The notes under the pieces were generated by a model, which was given only the letters and a program-made list of their open reading frames with translations, made no database searches and was not told where the DNA came from. 32,000 bases of DNA from Candidatus Pelagibacter sp. HTCC7211 (GTDB lineage: Bacteria > Pseudomonadota > Alphaproteobacteria > Pelagibacterales > Pelagibacteraceae), in NCBI RefSeq assembly GCF_000155895.1, contig NZ_DS995298.1:720001-752000 (forward strand), in the 5' to 3' direction. The position numbers and the translations under genes were made by a program. Below, one piece after another: positions 7,366 through 16,343 of this stretch (the first letter of the stretch is position 1; each line of letters opens with the position of its first letter).

Positions 7366-8154
7366 ATGTATCTTTCAAAAAAACAAGTTGATGATTACCA
7401 AAAATTTGGAGTGATTGTTGTTAAAGATGTTTTCAAAAATTGGATAGAACCATTAAAAAAAGGATTTAAAAAAGTTTTAGAAAAACCCAGTAAACATGGA
7501 AGGGAAAATGTTACTGATAATAAAGGAAGATTCTTTGAAGATTATTGTAATTGGGAAAGGGTAGAGGAATTTAAAGATTGTATTTTTAATTCACCTGCTG
7601 CACAAATTTTTACTGAAGCTACATTATCTAATTCATCACAAATATTTCACGATCATATCTTTATTAAAGAGCCAGGTACCACAAAAGAAACCCCATGGCA
7701 TCAAGATATGCCATATTATTGTGTAGATGGAAATGATACAGGTAGTTTTTGGATACCTTTAGATAATGTAGATAGAGAAAATAATCTGAAGTTAATTTTA
7801 GGATCACATAAATGGAAAAAATTAATTAGACCAACAAAATGGTCAAATAATCAATCTTGGTACAAGCAAGATAGCATATTTATGCAATTGCCAAATAATG
7901 TAGAATTCAAAGATGATATATTAATACCAGAATTGAATTTGGGAGATGCTGTGCTATTTAATTTTAAAATCGTTCATGGATCGAGTGGTAATAAAACTTT
8001 AAAATCTAGAAGAGCTTTTTCAATGAGATTTATTGGTGATGATGTAAGATTTATTGATAGAGGTGGGCCCACATCTCCACCATTTGATGGTATCAATTTA
8101 AAAACAGGTGAAATGATGAGAGAGGATTGGTTTCCTAAAGTTTTTAATAACTAG
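7366..8154 (+). CDS. phytanoyl-CoA dioxygenase (PhyH) family Fe(II)/2-oxoglutarate-dependent oxygenase
   Basis: 262 aa. It has an N-terminal YQKFGVIVVKDVF-type motif, an HxD iron ligand pair in PWHQDMPYY, a distal His in FKIVHGSSGN, and an Arg in RRAFSMRF. It starts 9 bp after the permease stop. Confidence 0.75.
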   Translation: MYLSKKQVDDYQKFGVIVVKDVFKNWIEPLKKGFKKVLEKPSKHGRENVTDNKGRFFEDYCNWERVEEFKDCIFNSPAAQIFTEATLSNSSQIFHDHIFIKEPGTTKETPWHQDMPYYCVDGNDTGSFWIPLDNVDRENNLKLILGSHKWKKLIRPTKWSNNQSWYKQDSIFMQLPNNVEFKDDILIPELNLGDAVLFNFKIVHGSSGNKTLKSRRAFSMRFIGDDVRFIDRGGPTSPPFDGINLKTGEMMREDWFPKVFNN

Positions 8155-8533
8155 TGTACTCTTTAATTTCTTTAATCTTTGAACCGGTATGATTATTAAT
8201 CTCAAGTTTAATCTTTGCACGATCATCATTTAAAATATGAACATCTCTTGAAAGTTTGATAAAATTTTCTGTAAAATCTTTCTCTTTTTCACATTTTCTT
8301 TTATCATCTTCAATTGTCCAAAGTCTTGCGTTAATGATCTTTAAAGATTGATACAGTTTGTGTATTTTTGAGTCTGACTTAATATTATTTTTAAATTCTT
8401 CTCTTAATAAAGAAAGCTCGTCCCTAATATATTCTAACTTTTCTGGATCTTTAATTTTTTCTTTTTTTATTTCTAAAATAGAAATCTTGTCTAATAATTC
8501 ACCCACAGATACTTCTACAAGAATTTTATTCAT
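8144..8533 (-). CDS. conserved hypothetical small coiled-coil protein
   Basis: 129 aa and charged/helical. Motifs are GELLDKISILEIKKEKI and LWTIEDDKRKCE. From memory it resembles a small family often annotated as DUF6165 near LPS genes; this is unverified. Its 3' end overlaps the convergent PhyH gene by 11 bp. Confidence 0.55.
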   Translation of the reverse strand: MNKILVEVSVGELLDKISILEIKKEKIKDPEKLEYIRDELSLLREEFKNNIKSDSKIHKLYQSLKIINARLWTIEDDKRKCEKEKDFTENFIKLSRDVHILNDDRAKIKLEINNHTGSKIKEIKEYTSY

Positions 8534-8565
8534 ATTAAATAATACTATGTTAAGTTAGTACAATT

Positions 8566-9507
8566 ATGGCAAAAATATTGATCATAAAACTTGGATCTTT
8601 AGGAGATATTGCGCAGATTTCTGGCGCAATAAAAGATATTTCAGAAAATCATAAAGACGATGAAATTCATGTAATGACTACCAAACCCTATTTTGGTTTA
8701 TTTAAAAAAAATCCCCATATTTCTAATGTGATTTTAGATAAAAGACTGCCAAGATATAATCTGATTTATTTATATTCACTAATGAAAAATATTAAGAAAT
8801 ACAAATTTTCTAAAGTTTACGATCTACAAAACTCAAGCAGAACGTCATTTTATAAAAAAATATTATTTCCCAAAGTCACAAAAGATATTTGGTCATCTAC
8901 CGAAACCACATTACCCACAGGAACTTCAAAAGAAGATTTTGATAAAGATTCAGTTCTATCTAAATTTGATCATCAGTTAAAAAGTTCTGGAATTAATACG
9001 AGACACACTTTGAGCCCTGATTTTTCATGGAGTTTAACAGATATATCTCAAATTAAAAATTACCATCAATTGGAAAAATATATTGTTCTTTTTCCTTTTT
9101 GTTCTCCTCATTTAACTTCTAAGAAATGGCCCTATTATAATGACTTGATCAATTTGATTAACGAAAATTATGACAACAATTACAAGATAGTAATTGCACC
9201 AGGACCTAATGAGATTAAAGAAGCATCAAATATTAATGCACTTTGTATATTAGATAATGGTAAAGCCTTAGCTATATCTCAGTTAGCATCATTAATTAAA
9301 GATAGTTCATTTGTAGTTGCAAATGATACTGGTCCTGCGCATATAACAGCTCACTTAGGATCAAGGGGAGTAGCTTTATTTGGATCTCACACAAGTCCTT
9401 TTAAAGTTAGTATTGAAAGAGAAAACTTTAAAGCAATAGAAGCACCAGAATTATCAAAACTTTCAGCGGAAAAAGTCTTTGAAAGAATGTCTGAGATTAT
9501 TTCTTAA
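8566..9507 (+). CDS. glycosyltransferase family 9 (LPS heptosyltransferase-like)
   Basis: 313 aa. It has the N-terminal ILIIKLGSLGDI motif characteristic of GT9 (RfaC/RfaF-like) and a C-terminal NDTGPAHI motif. Confidence 0.8.
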   Translation: MAKILIIKLGSLGDIAQISGAIKDISENHKDDEIHVMTTKPYFGLFKKNPHISNVILDKRLPRYNLIYLYSLMKNIKKYKFSKVYDLQNSSRTSFYKKILFPKVTKDIWSSTETTLPTGTSKEDFDKDSVLSKFDHQLKSSGINTRHTLSPDFSWSLTDISQIKNYHQLEKYIVLFPFCSPHLTSKKWPYYNDLINLINENYDNNYKIVIAPGPNEIKEASNINALCILDNGKALAISQLASLIKDSSFVVANDTGPAHITAHLGSRGVALFGSHTSPFKVSIERENFKAIEAPELSKLSAEKVFERMSEIIS

Positions 9508-10594
9508 GTTTTTCTAATATTTTTAAAAATATAGGAACAGTAAAAAGTATAAACAGTAATCTTATTATATGATGAAAAGCAACAAAGTCTGGATCTAGAT
9601 CAAACGCAATTGCTATTACAGCTACTTCATAAATGCCACCAGGACTAAAAGATAGAATTAAAGTTAAAATATTTTTATCAACGAAGAATGTTGCGACATA
9701 GGCCGCAACTAAACCTAGAAGAACCAATATAGTTGTTGCAACTACACTATGTAATGAATTATTAGCAATTTCTTTAACAGTTTTTTCAGCAAATCTGCAT
9801 CCGACAGAAGCACCAAGTATTAAAAGACAAAAGTTAATTGATGCATCAGGTAATTTATATGAAGCAATATCTGTAATTTGTAATAATCCACTAGCAAATA
9901 GCGTTCCTGATAATAAAGCTGCTGGAACCCTAATCTTATCAAAAATATAAATAAAAAATAATGATGCAATAATAAGAAAAATTAGATTTAGATGATTTTG
10001 GCCTATGTAATCAAAGTTATCTAGTAGTAATGTTTCTGAAGCAGTATTATTAACAATAATAAATGGAATAACCGTTATGATTATAATTAATCTTATTAAA
10101 TGCGATGTTGCTACTTGAGATAAATCAGTTTTTTCATTTTCTGCCAAAATCATTAATGGACCTAAAGCACCAGGTGCTGCAGAAAATATTGAAGCCTTTT
10201 CACCATAACTTGAAAATTTTTGAAGGTATTTTGAAACAATCAAAATACATATAATAATATAAATTAACATTATTATTGAAGTCCATATCCAATTAATCAT
10301 CTGATTAAATAAGTTTTGATCAATATAATTTCCAATATGCAGCCCGAGGATAATTAAGATCGAACTTAAAGCAATTTTAGGCATTACAACCTTTAATCCA
10401 GCTAGAGCTACAATAGATGTTATAATCATTGGCCCCAACATCCAAGCAAGAGGAATATTAAAATAGTCAGCGATAACAGCGCTAGGAATTGAAATTAAGA
10501 TTACAGAAATAAATTTTTTTGATAGAATTTGTTTGAAACTTGAGTAATGAAAAATAATAAAAGACTTGTTCATAGTCAGATCTTCTATCACCAC
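9497..10594 (-). CDS. AbrB-family (AbrB duplication, 'putative ammonia monooxygenase'-type) integral membrane protein
   Basis: 365 aa with about 10 predicted transmembrane segments. The internal duplication carries two copies of the family motif (SAAPGALGPL and FSPGGIYEV). An alternative start, MNKSF, lies at 10573. Confidence 0.7.
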   Translation of the reverse strand: MVIEDLTMNKSFIIFHYSSFKQILSKKFISVILISIPSAVIADYFNIPLAWMLGPMIITSIVALAGLKVVMPKIALSSILIILGLHIGNYIDQNLFNQMINWIWTSIIMLIYIIICILIVSKYLQKFSSYGEKASIFSAAPGALGPLMILAENEKTDLSQVATSHLIRLIIIITVIPFIIVNNTASETLLLDNFDYIGQNHLNLIFLIIASLFFIYIFDKIRVPAALLSGTLFASGLLQITDIASYKLPDASINFCLLILGASVGCRFAEKTVKEIANNSLHSVVATTILVLLGLVAAYVATFFVDKNILTLILSFSPGGIYEVAVIAIAFDLDPDFVAFHHIIRLLFILFTVPIFLKILEKLKK

Positions 10595-10700
10595 TTTGAA
10601 AAAAAATAACAGAAAAGAAATTAACCAATAAAGTGAATCTTAATTTTTTAATAAAAATTTTTTAATAATTAATATTAAGTTTTTAACCCAATAATTATAA

Positions 10701-10715
10701 TCAACTATTAGTTGA
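10701..10715. promoter_or_regulatory. 15-bp perfect palindrome upstream of tctC (candidate operator)
   Basis: TCAACTA-T-TAGTTGA, 74 nt upstream of the tctC ATG, inside the longest non-coding stretch of the window (10595-10788). Confidence 0.25.
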
Positions 10716-10788
10716 ATTAAAACATTATATGTTGCATTAAACCACTGAGTGTAATTTACTCAATTTTTTAAATTAGAGAGGAAAAATA

Positions 10789-11769
10789 ATGAAAAACTTA
10801 CAAAAAATAATTTCAGTATTATTTTCTGCAATCCTACTATTCTCAGCAACAACAACTAGTTCAATAGCAATTGATAAATTGCACTTTGTAATTGGTGGTG
10901 GTGCTGGTGGTGGTTGGGATGGAACTGCTAGAGGTACTGGAGAAGCTTTAACAAAAGCTGGAATGTTAAAAAGTGCATCATTTGAAAATATGTCAGGTGG
11001 TGGTGGTGGAAAAGCATTAGCTTTCATGATTAATACAAAACCTGCAAACACAGTTTTAGTTCAATCTACACCATTAGTATTAAGATCAATTACTAGACAT
11101 AAAGGATATGTGAGTGGAAGTGGTACTTTATCTTATAAAGATGTTGTACCAATCGCTGGTGTAATAGGTGACTATGGTGCAATTGCTGTTGCAAAAAACT
11201 CACCATATAAAAACTTTAAAGATGTAGTTGATGCGTATAAAAAGGATCCAAGCTCAATTAAAATGGCTGGTGGATCAGTAAGAGGAAGTATGGACCATTT
11301 AATTGGTGCATTAGCTTTCCAAGCTGCGGGTGCTAATCCAAATGATGTAGCTTACATTCCTTATGATGCTGGTGGAAAAGCGTTAGCAGGACTTTTATCT
11401 GGAGAGACTCAAATTATCTCTACAGGTTTAGGTGAACTGATGGGTGCAAGAGATCAAGTAACAATTATTGGTATTACTGCTCCTTCAAGAGTTTCTGATG
11501 CTCCAGATGCACCAACTCTTAAAGAACAAGGTTATGATGTACAATTCGTTAACTGGAGAGGGTTTTTTGGTCCTCCAGGTATGAGCAGTGCAGATAAAAA
11601 TGCAATTGCTAAAATGTTAGGTGATGTACAAAAAACTTCTGAATGGGAAACTGTCAGAGCAAGAAATGCTTGGGTAAATATATACAATCCAGGTGATAAG
11701 TTTGTTTCTTTCTTAGAAAAACAAACAGAAGAAATGACAGCTCTTATGAAGAAACTAGGAGTTATTTAA
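10789..11769 (+). CDS. tctC: tripartite tricarboxylate transporter substrate-binding protein (TctC/Bug family)
   Basis: 326 aa with a signal peptide and a Gly-rich binding-loop region (GGGAGGGWDG). Its size and its position directly upstream of tctB and tctA fit the family. An AGAGAGGA ribosome-binding site lies upstream. Confidence 0.85.
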   Translation: MKNLQKIISVLFSAILLFSATTTSSIAIDKLHFVIGGGAGGGWDGTARGTGEALTKAGMLKSASFENMSGGGGGKALAFMINTKPANTVLVQSTPLVLRSITRHKGYVSGSGTLSYKDVVPIAGVIGDYGAIAVAKNSPYKNFKDVVDAYKKDPSSIKMAGGSVRGSMDHLIGALAFQAAGANPNDVAYIPYDAGGKALAGLLSGETQIISTGLGELMGARDQVTIIGITAPSRVSDAPDAPTLKEQGYDVQFVNWRGFFGPPGMSSADKNAIAKMLGDVQKTSEWETVRARNAWVNIYNPGDKFVSFLEKQTEEMTALMKKLGVI

Positions 11770-11790
11770 TCCTAAGGATTATAAAAAATT

Positions 11791-11839
11791 AGAGCAGTGA
11801 ATATAAATACTACAAAAATTATATCACTGCTCTTTTTTA
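11791..11839 (+). terminator. terminator-like hairpin after tctC that sequesters the tctB start codon
   Basis: AGAGCAGTGA (11791-11800) pairs perfectly with TCACTGCTCT (11824-11833) across a 23-nt loop, followed by TTTTTTAT. The left arm contains the tctB GTG start (11797-11799). Confidence 0.45.
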
Positions 11840-12267
11840 TATTTTCAGCGTTTTATTTATATACTGCATACCAAATTCAAGTTTTTGCATTTGATGAAAA
11901 TGCACCTTTTAATGCTAGAACATTTCCGATCTACTTAGGTTACGCTGGATTATTTTTTTCTGGATTAAAACTTATTTTACCAGATCAAAATACTATTAAA
12001 GTTGAGCACAAAAATTTAGAGTATAAAAAAACTGGAATACTTATACTTATTGCAATTATTTATGGAGCTACAATTTTAAAAGTTGGTTATTTTTTAACTA
12101 CTTCTTTATTTTTATTTGCTTCTTATTATTTCCTTGGAGAAAGAAGATGGATATTAATGTTTATTCTTTCTTTTCCTTTTGTAGCAGCATTTATGTATCT
12201 ACTTCACGGAGTTCTTAATATTTATTTAAGAGATCCATTCTTACAATCAATTGGAGTGATGGGATGA
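11797..12267 (+). CDS. tctB: tripartite tricarboxylate transporter small membrane subunit (TctB family)
   Basis: 156 aa with 4 predicted transmembrane segments and a GTG start. It lies between tctC and tctA and overlaps tctA by 4 bp. Confidence 0.75.
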   Translation: MNINTTKIISLLFFIFSAFYLYTAYQIQVFAFDENAPFNARTFPIYLGYAGLFFSGLKLILPDQNTIKVEHKNLEYKKTGILILIAIIYGATILKVGYFLTTSLFLFASYYFLGERRWILMFILSFPFVAAFMYLLHGVLNIYLRDPFLQSIGVMG

Positions 12268-13763
12268 TTGAGGGAATATTAATTGGTTTAACGACAGCCC
12301 TTACAATTAAAAATATATTAATGGTTATGGTTGGTTGTTTTTTTGGAACAATTATAGGAATGCTCCCTGGTCTTGGACCAATGACGGCAATTGCTTTAAT
12401 GATACCAATTACTTACGGCTTTGAGCCTGCAACAGGATTAATTTTAATGGCTGGTGTTTATTATGGAGCAGTGTTTGGTGGATCTACTTCGTCAATATTA
12501 TTAAATGCACCAGGTGTACCAGGTACTGTTGCAACTTCATTTGATGGTTATCCAATGGCACAACAAGGTAAAGCTGGAAAAGCTCTAGCTATTGCTGCAT
12601 GGAGTTCATTTGCAGGAGGAACGCTATCTGCGATTTATTTATTATTTATGGCACCAAGTTTATCTAAAGTAAGTTTATCTTTTAGATCACCAGATTATTT
12701 TGCTTTGATGATATTAGGCTTAACAGCAATTGCTGCATTTTCATCTAAAGGTCAATTTTTAAAAGCAATGATGATGGTGGTATTAGGTTTAATGTTAGCC
12801 TCTGTTGGCCAAGATAGTTTGTCTGATATTACCAGATTTACATTCAACAATATGAACTTAACTGATGGCATAAGTTTTGTTCTTGTAGTTATGGCAACAT
12901 TTGCAATGAGTGAAGCATTAACAATTATTTTAAAAAGAAATGATCCAACTAGTGCTGCTAAACAGGTTTCTTTAACTGAATTAGGTTCTATTAAGATTAA
13001 CAAAGAAGAGAGAACCAAAATGTACAAAACAATTCCAAGATCATCAGTGATTGGTTTTTTAATTGGTGTTCTACCAGGTGCTGGTGCAACTATTGCATCC
13101 TTCTTAGCTTACGGTATGGAAAGAAATTTAGTTAGCGATGAAGAAAAAGAAAAATTTGGTAAAGGTAGTGTAAATGGATTATCTGCACCTGAAACGGCAA
13201 ATAATGCAGCTTGTTCTGGATCATTTGTACCAATGCTAACTTTAGGAATTCCAGGAAGTGGAACCACGGCTGTAATGTTGGGTGCTCTTTTAGGATTTGG
13301 TGTTCAACCCGGACCAAGACTTTATATGACAAACCCAGAAATTTTCTGGTCAATAATTATGTCTATGTATATTGGTATGGTAATCTTATTGATATTAAAC
13401 TTACCTCTAATTCCTTATATAGCTAGAATTCTTGCTGTTCCTAAAAATTATTTAATACCTTTAATCTTATTTTTCTCAGTCACAGGGATATACGTGATGT
13501 CGTTTAATAATTTTGATATTTATTTAATGATTGGCATAGCGGTAGTTGCAACTTATTTAAGATTATATGATTTTCCAATGCCACCACTTATTTTAGCTTT
13601 TGTACTTGGTGGTTTAATGGAAGAAAACTTAAGAAGATCATTATTGCTAAGTAATGGATCGTGGGAATTCTTGTGGGATAGGACTTTGACTGCATGCATA
13701 CTTGTAACAACAATTTTGATTGTTGTTTGGCATATTTATAAAACATTTTCTAAAAAAAATTAA
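12264..13763 (+). CDS. tctA: tripartite tricarboxylate transporter large permease (TctA family)
   Basis: 499 aa and polytopic. Family-typical motifs are GMLPGLGP, LNAPGVPGT, GVLPGAGATIASF and LTLGIPGSG. Confidence 0.9.
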   Translation: MIEGILIGLTTALTIKNILMVMVGCFFGTIIGMLPGLGPMTAIALMIPITYGFEPATGLILMAGVYYGAVFGGSTSSILLNAPGVPGTVATSFDGYPMAQQGKAGKALAIAAWSSFAGGTLSAIYLLFMAPSLSKVSLSFRSPDYFALMILGLTAIAAFSSKGQFLKAMMMVVLGLMLASVGQDSLSDITRFTFNNMNLTDGISFVLVVMATFAMSEALTIILKRNDPTSAAKQVSLTELGSIKINKEERTKMYKTIPRSSVIGFLIGVLPGAGATIASFLAYGMERNLVSDEEKEKFGKGSVNGLSAPETANNAACSGSFVPMLTLGIPGSGTTAVMLGALLGFGVQPGPRLYMTNPEIFWSIIMSMYIGMVILLILNLPLIPYIARILAVPKNYLIPLILFFSVTGIYVMSFNNFDIYLMIGIAVVATYLRLYDFPMPPLILAFVLGGLMEENLRRSLLLSNGSWEFLWDRTLTACILVTTILIVVWHIYKTFSKKN

Positions 13764-14647
13764 GATTTTATATCTACTCTTTTTCTAATTATTTCTTTAT
13801 CAAGTTTCATCTCTCTATAAGAAATTATCAATACACCTATAAATATTATTAATGCACCAATCCAAGTATAAAGATCTGGAATTTCACCAAACACAAAATA
13901 TCCAATAATTGAAGCAAAAACTAAATTTAAAAAAGAGTAGGGTTGTGTCATACTTACATCTACTAGTTTAAAAGCATGGTTTAGCGTTAAATGTAATACA
14001 GTTCCACAGATAGCTGCTAAAAATAAATAGATAAATGTTTTTAAACTAGGTGTTTCCCAAAAAAATAAAACAATAATAAAACTAAATAAGCTCATAAAAA
14101 TAGATTGATGAGCTAAAATTGTTATAGCGCTATCATCTTTTGAGATTTTTTTAGTTATGATTATGTTGATTGACCATAATAATGCTGAAAATAAAATCAT
14201 ATATACTCCAATAGATATATCTACATAACCAGGTCTAATGATAATTAGCATTCCACCAAAACCAAGAATTAGGGCTAAAGTTCTATAGATATAAATCTTT
14301 TCCCCTAAAAAAAATACCGCAAGTATTGTAACCATTAAAGGTACAACAAAAGATATTGCTGTAACTTTTTCAATAGGAAGCAATACTAATGAGGAAAAGT
14401 ATAAAAGCATTGCAGGTAAACCAAGCGCCGCTCTTAACAAATGTTTTTTAATATGATTTGTTTTTAAAACAGCAAAATTTGTTTTGATAATATATGGCAT
14501 AATTATTACTAAACCTAAAAAAAATCTAAAAAAACCTGCAACATAAACATTTACATCTTCTTGAGCTATCCTTAAAAATGAGAGCATCACAGTTCCAAAA
14601 AAAACAGAAATAATTATTAAAAAAATAGCTAATTTATTATTAGACAT
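13760..14647 (-). CDS. DMT superfamily (EamA-like) transporter
   Basis: 295 aa with 10 predicted transmembrane segments and a duplicated EamA-type architecture. Its 3' end overlaps tctA by 4 bp (convergent). Confidence 0.8.
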   Translation of the reverse strand: MSNNKLAIFLIIISVFFGTVMLSFLRIAQEDVNVYVAGFFRFFLGLVIIMPYIIKTNFAVLKTNHIKKHLLRAALGLPAMLLYFSSLVLLPIEKVTAISFVVPLMVTILAVFFLGEKIYIYRTLALILGFGGMLIIIRPGYVDISIGVYMILFSALLWSINIIITKKISKDDSAITILAHQSIFMSLFSFIIVLFFWETPSLKTFIYLFLAAICGTVLHLTLNHAFKLVDVSMTQPYSFLNLVFASIIGYFVFGEIPDLYTWIGALIIFIGVLIISYREMKLDKEIIRKRVDIKS

Positions 14648-14686
14648 TAATAAATTACTATAAGTATAACTGAGGTATAAACAATC

Positions 14687-15769
14687 TTAGTTTAGAATAT
14701 CTTTATATTTTTTAACAATATTTGACCAATAGAACTTTGTAACAAACTCTTTTGCATTTTTTCCATACTCTAAATATTTTTTGTTCTCTAAAATTGAATT
14801 TAATGAAAAATAAACTGCATCTAGATTGTTTCCATCACAAATTAACCCTGTCTTTTCATGTTCTATGGCATCTGGGGCACCACCATCTTTACCACCAATT
14901 GAAGGAACGCTATATTGAGCTGCTTCTGTATAAGCTATTCCAAACCCCTCAACTGAGGACTTATGAATAACTGATGGCATTACAAATACATCTGATTTTT
15001 CCACTAAAGCATTTTTTAAATCATCAGTAATATCTTTAAAAAACATTACCTGCGCTTCTAAATCTAATTCTTTAACAAGGTTTTTAATATTTTCCTCTTC
15101 ATCACCATAGCCAACACAAATATATACTATGTCTGGATAGATCTGTTTAAGATTTCTTAAAGCCATTATTACTTTTTCATGATTTTTTCTCTTATCAAAT
15201 CTTGAAACAGTTATTAATCTAGGCGTTTTAACTTTTAGTAAACTTTCAACTTTATCTAATATTTTTTGATCTAAATTTTTCATTGAGTCAATTCCAGGGT
15301 TGATCACAATAATCTTATCTTCATTTACCCCGACTTTTATTGCTAGATTTTTTGTGTATTCAGAATTTGCTACTACTTTTCCAACTTTATCTAACACTTC
15401 TAATAAACGCTTATTAGTTCTTGATCCTTTTTCATGATTAATTTCTTTTCCATGAATTAAACAAATCTTTTTTTTATTAGTTTTTAGATGTTCTAAACTT
15501 TTCCAGTGATCTGCAATAATTGCGTTAACTTTACTCTCTTTAACAAACTCATCAATTAAGTGCGCTTTTCTATATTTTCTAAGAAATTTAGGTCCACCAA
15601 CTCTTTCAATTGAAAAAGATGCTTGTTCATCAAAAGTTTTATGATTTTTAATATAATCTGCAAAAACTTTAATCATAAAGTTTTTAGATAGTTCTTTTGA
15701 AAGTCCCCACATTAAACTTTGCATGCCTCCAAGTTCTGGAGGGAAAGATCTTGTAATAATTAAATACAT
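14687..15769 (-). CDS. glycosyltransferase family 4 (GT-B fold)
   Basis: 360 aa. It has the C-terminal E-x7-E-type motif region, PSVIHKSSVEGFGIAYTEAAQYSVPSIGG. Confidence 0.85.
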   Translation of the reverse strand: MYLIITRSFPPELGGMQSLMWGLSKELSKNFMIKVFADYIKNHKTFDEQASFSIERVGGPKFLRKYRKAHLIDEFVKESKVNAIIADHWKSLEHLKTNKKKICLIHGKEINHEKGSRTNKRLLEVLDKVGKVVANSEYTKNLAIKVGVNEDKIIVINPGIDSMKNLDQKILDKVESLLKVKTPRLITVSRFDKRKNHEKVIMALRNLKQIYPDIVYICVGYGDEEENIKNLVKELDLEAQVMFFKDITDDLKNALVEKSDVFVMPSVIHKSSVEGFGIAYTEAAQYSVPSIGGKDGGAPDAIEHEKTGLICDGNNLDAVYFSLNSILENKKYLEYGKNAKEFVTKFYWSNIVKKYKDILN

Positions 15770-16323
15770 TAATCAAACTTCCATTTAATACCACAACCTG
15801 CACTTGGAAGTTGATTTTCTGGTCCTTTACCAGTTTCTGCTATTTGTCTCATAGCTTTTAACAGATCACTTTCACCATCATTGACTGGTATAAATTTTTT
15901 TAATTCTCTTAATCTACCTCTGTATTGAAGTTCTAAATTTTTATTATAACCAAAAAAATCAGGTGTACATACAGCATCATAAGATTTTGCAATTTCCTGA
16001 GTATCATCATGTAAATATGGAAAACTAAATTGATTATTGTTTGCAAATTTAATCATGTTATCAAATGAATCATCTGGATAATTCACAAAGTCATTTGAAC
16101 ATATTGCTACTGAATTAATTCCTATTTTTTTTAATTCATTACAATCTTCAACAATTTCTTTAGTAACTGCTTTTACATAAGGACAATGATTACAAATAAA
16201 CATTATCAAAGTACCATTTTCACCTTTAATCTTATCTAAAGTAATAATTTTATTTTCTGTAGATTTTAATTCAAATGGTAAAGCTTTTTTACCAAAATCA
16301 CATATTGGAGTTTGTATCGGCAT
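15769..16323 (-). CDS. thioredoxin-fold (redoxin/AhpC-TSA-like) protein
   Basis: 184 aa. A CxxC motif sits in FICNHCPYV on a redoxin-like scaffold. It overlaps the downstream GT4 gene by 1 nt. Confidence 0.7.
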   Translation of the reverse strand: MPIQTPICDFGKKALPFELKSTENKIITLDKIKGENGTLIMFICNHCPYVKAVTKEIVEDCNELKKIGINSVAICSNDFVNYPDDSFDNMIKFANNNQFSFPYLHDDTQEIAKSYDAVCTPDFFGYNKNLELQYRGRLRELKKFIPVNDGESDLLKAMRQIAETGKGPENQLPSAGCGIKWKFD

Positions 16324-16343
16324 ACTGTAATAATATATAAATT

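Noticed and set aside
10773-11051. 92-aa minus-strand ORF with poly-proline runs (PPPPP, PPPAPPP)
   Set aside because: It is the antisense image of the Gly-rich GGTGGTGG region of tctC, which has a signal peptide, a ribosome-binding site and clear family motifs. The proline runs are simply GGN codons read backwards.
11770-11778. The TCCTAAGGA mini-palindrome just after the tctC stop codon
   Set aside because: Arms of 4 bp with a 1-nt centre cannot form a hairpin and are expected by chance. It may at most contribute an AAGGA-like sequence, but that lies too far (19 nt) from the tctB start.
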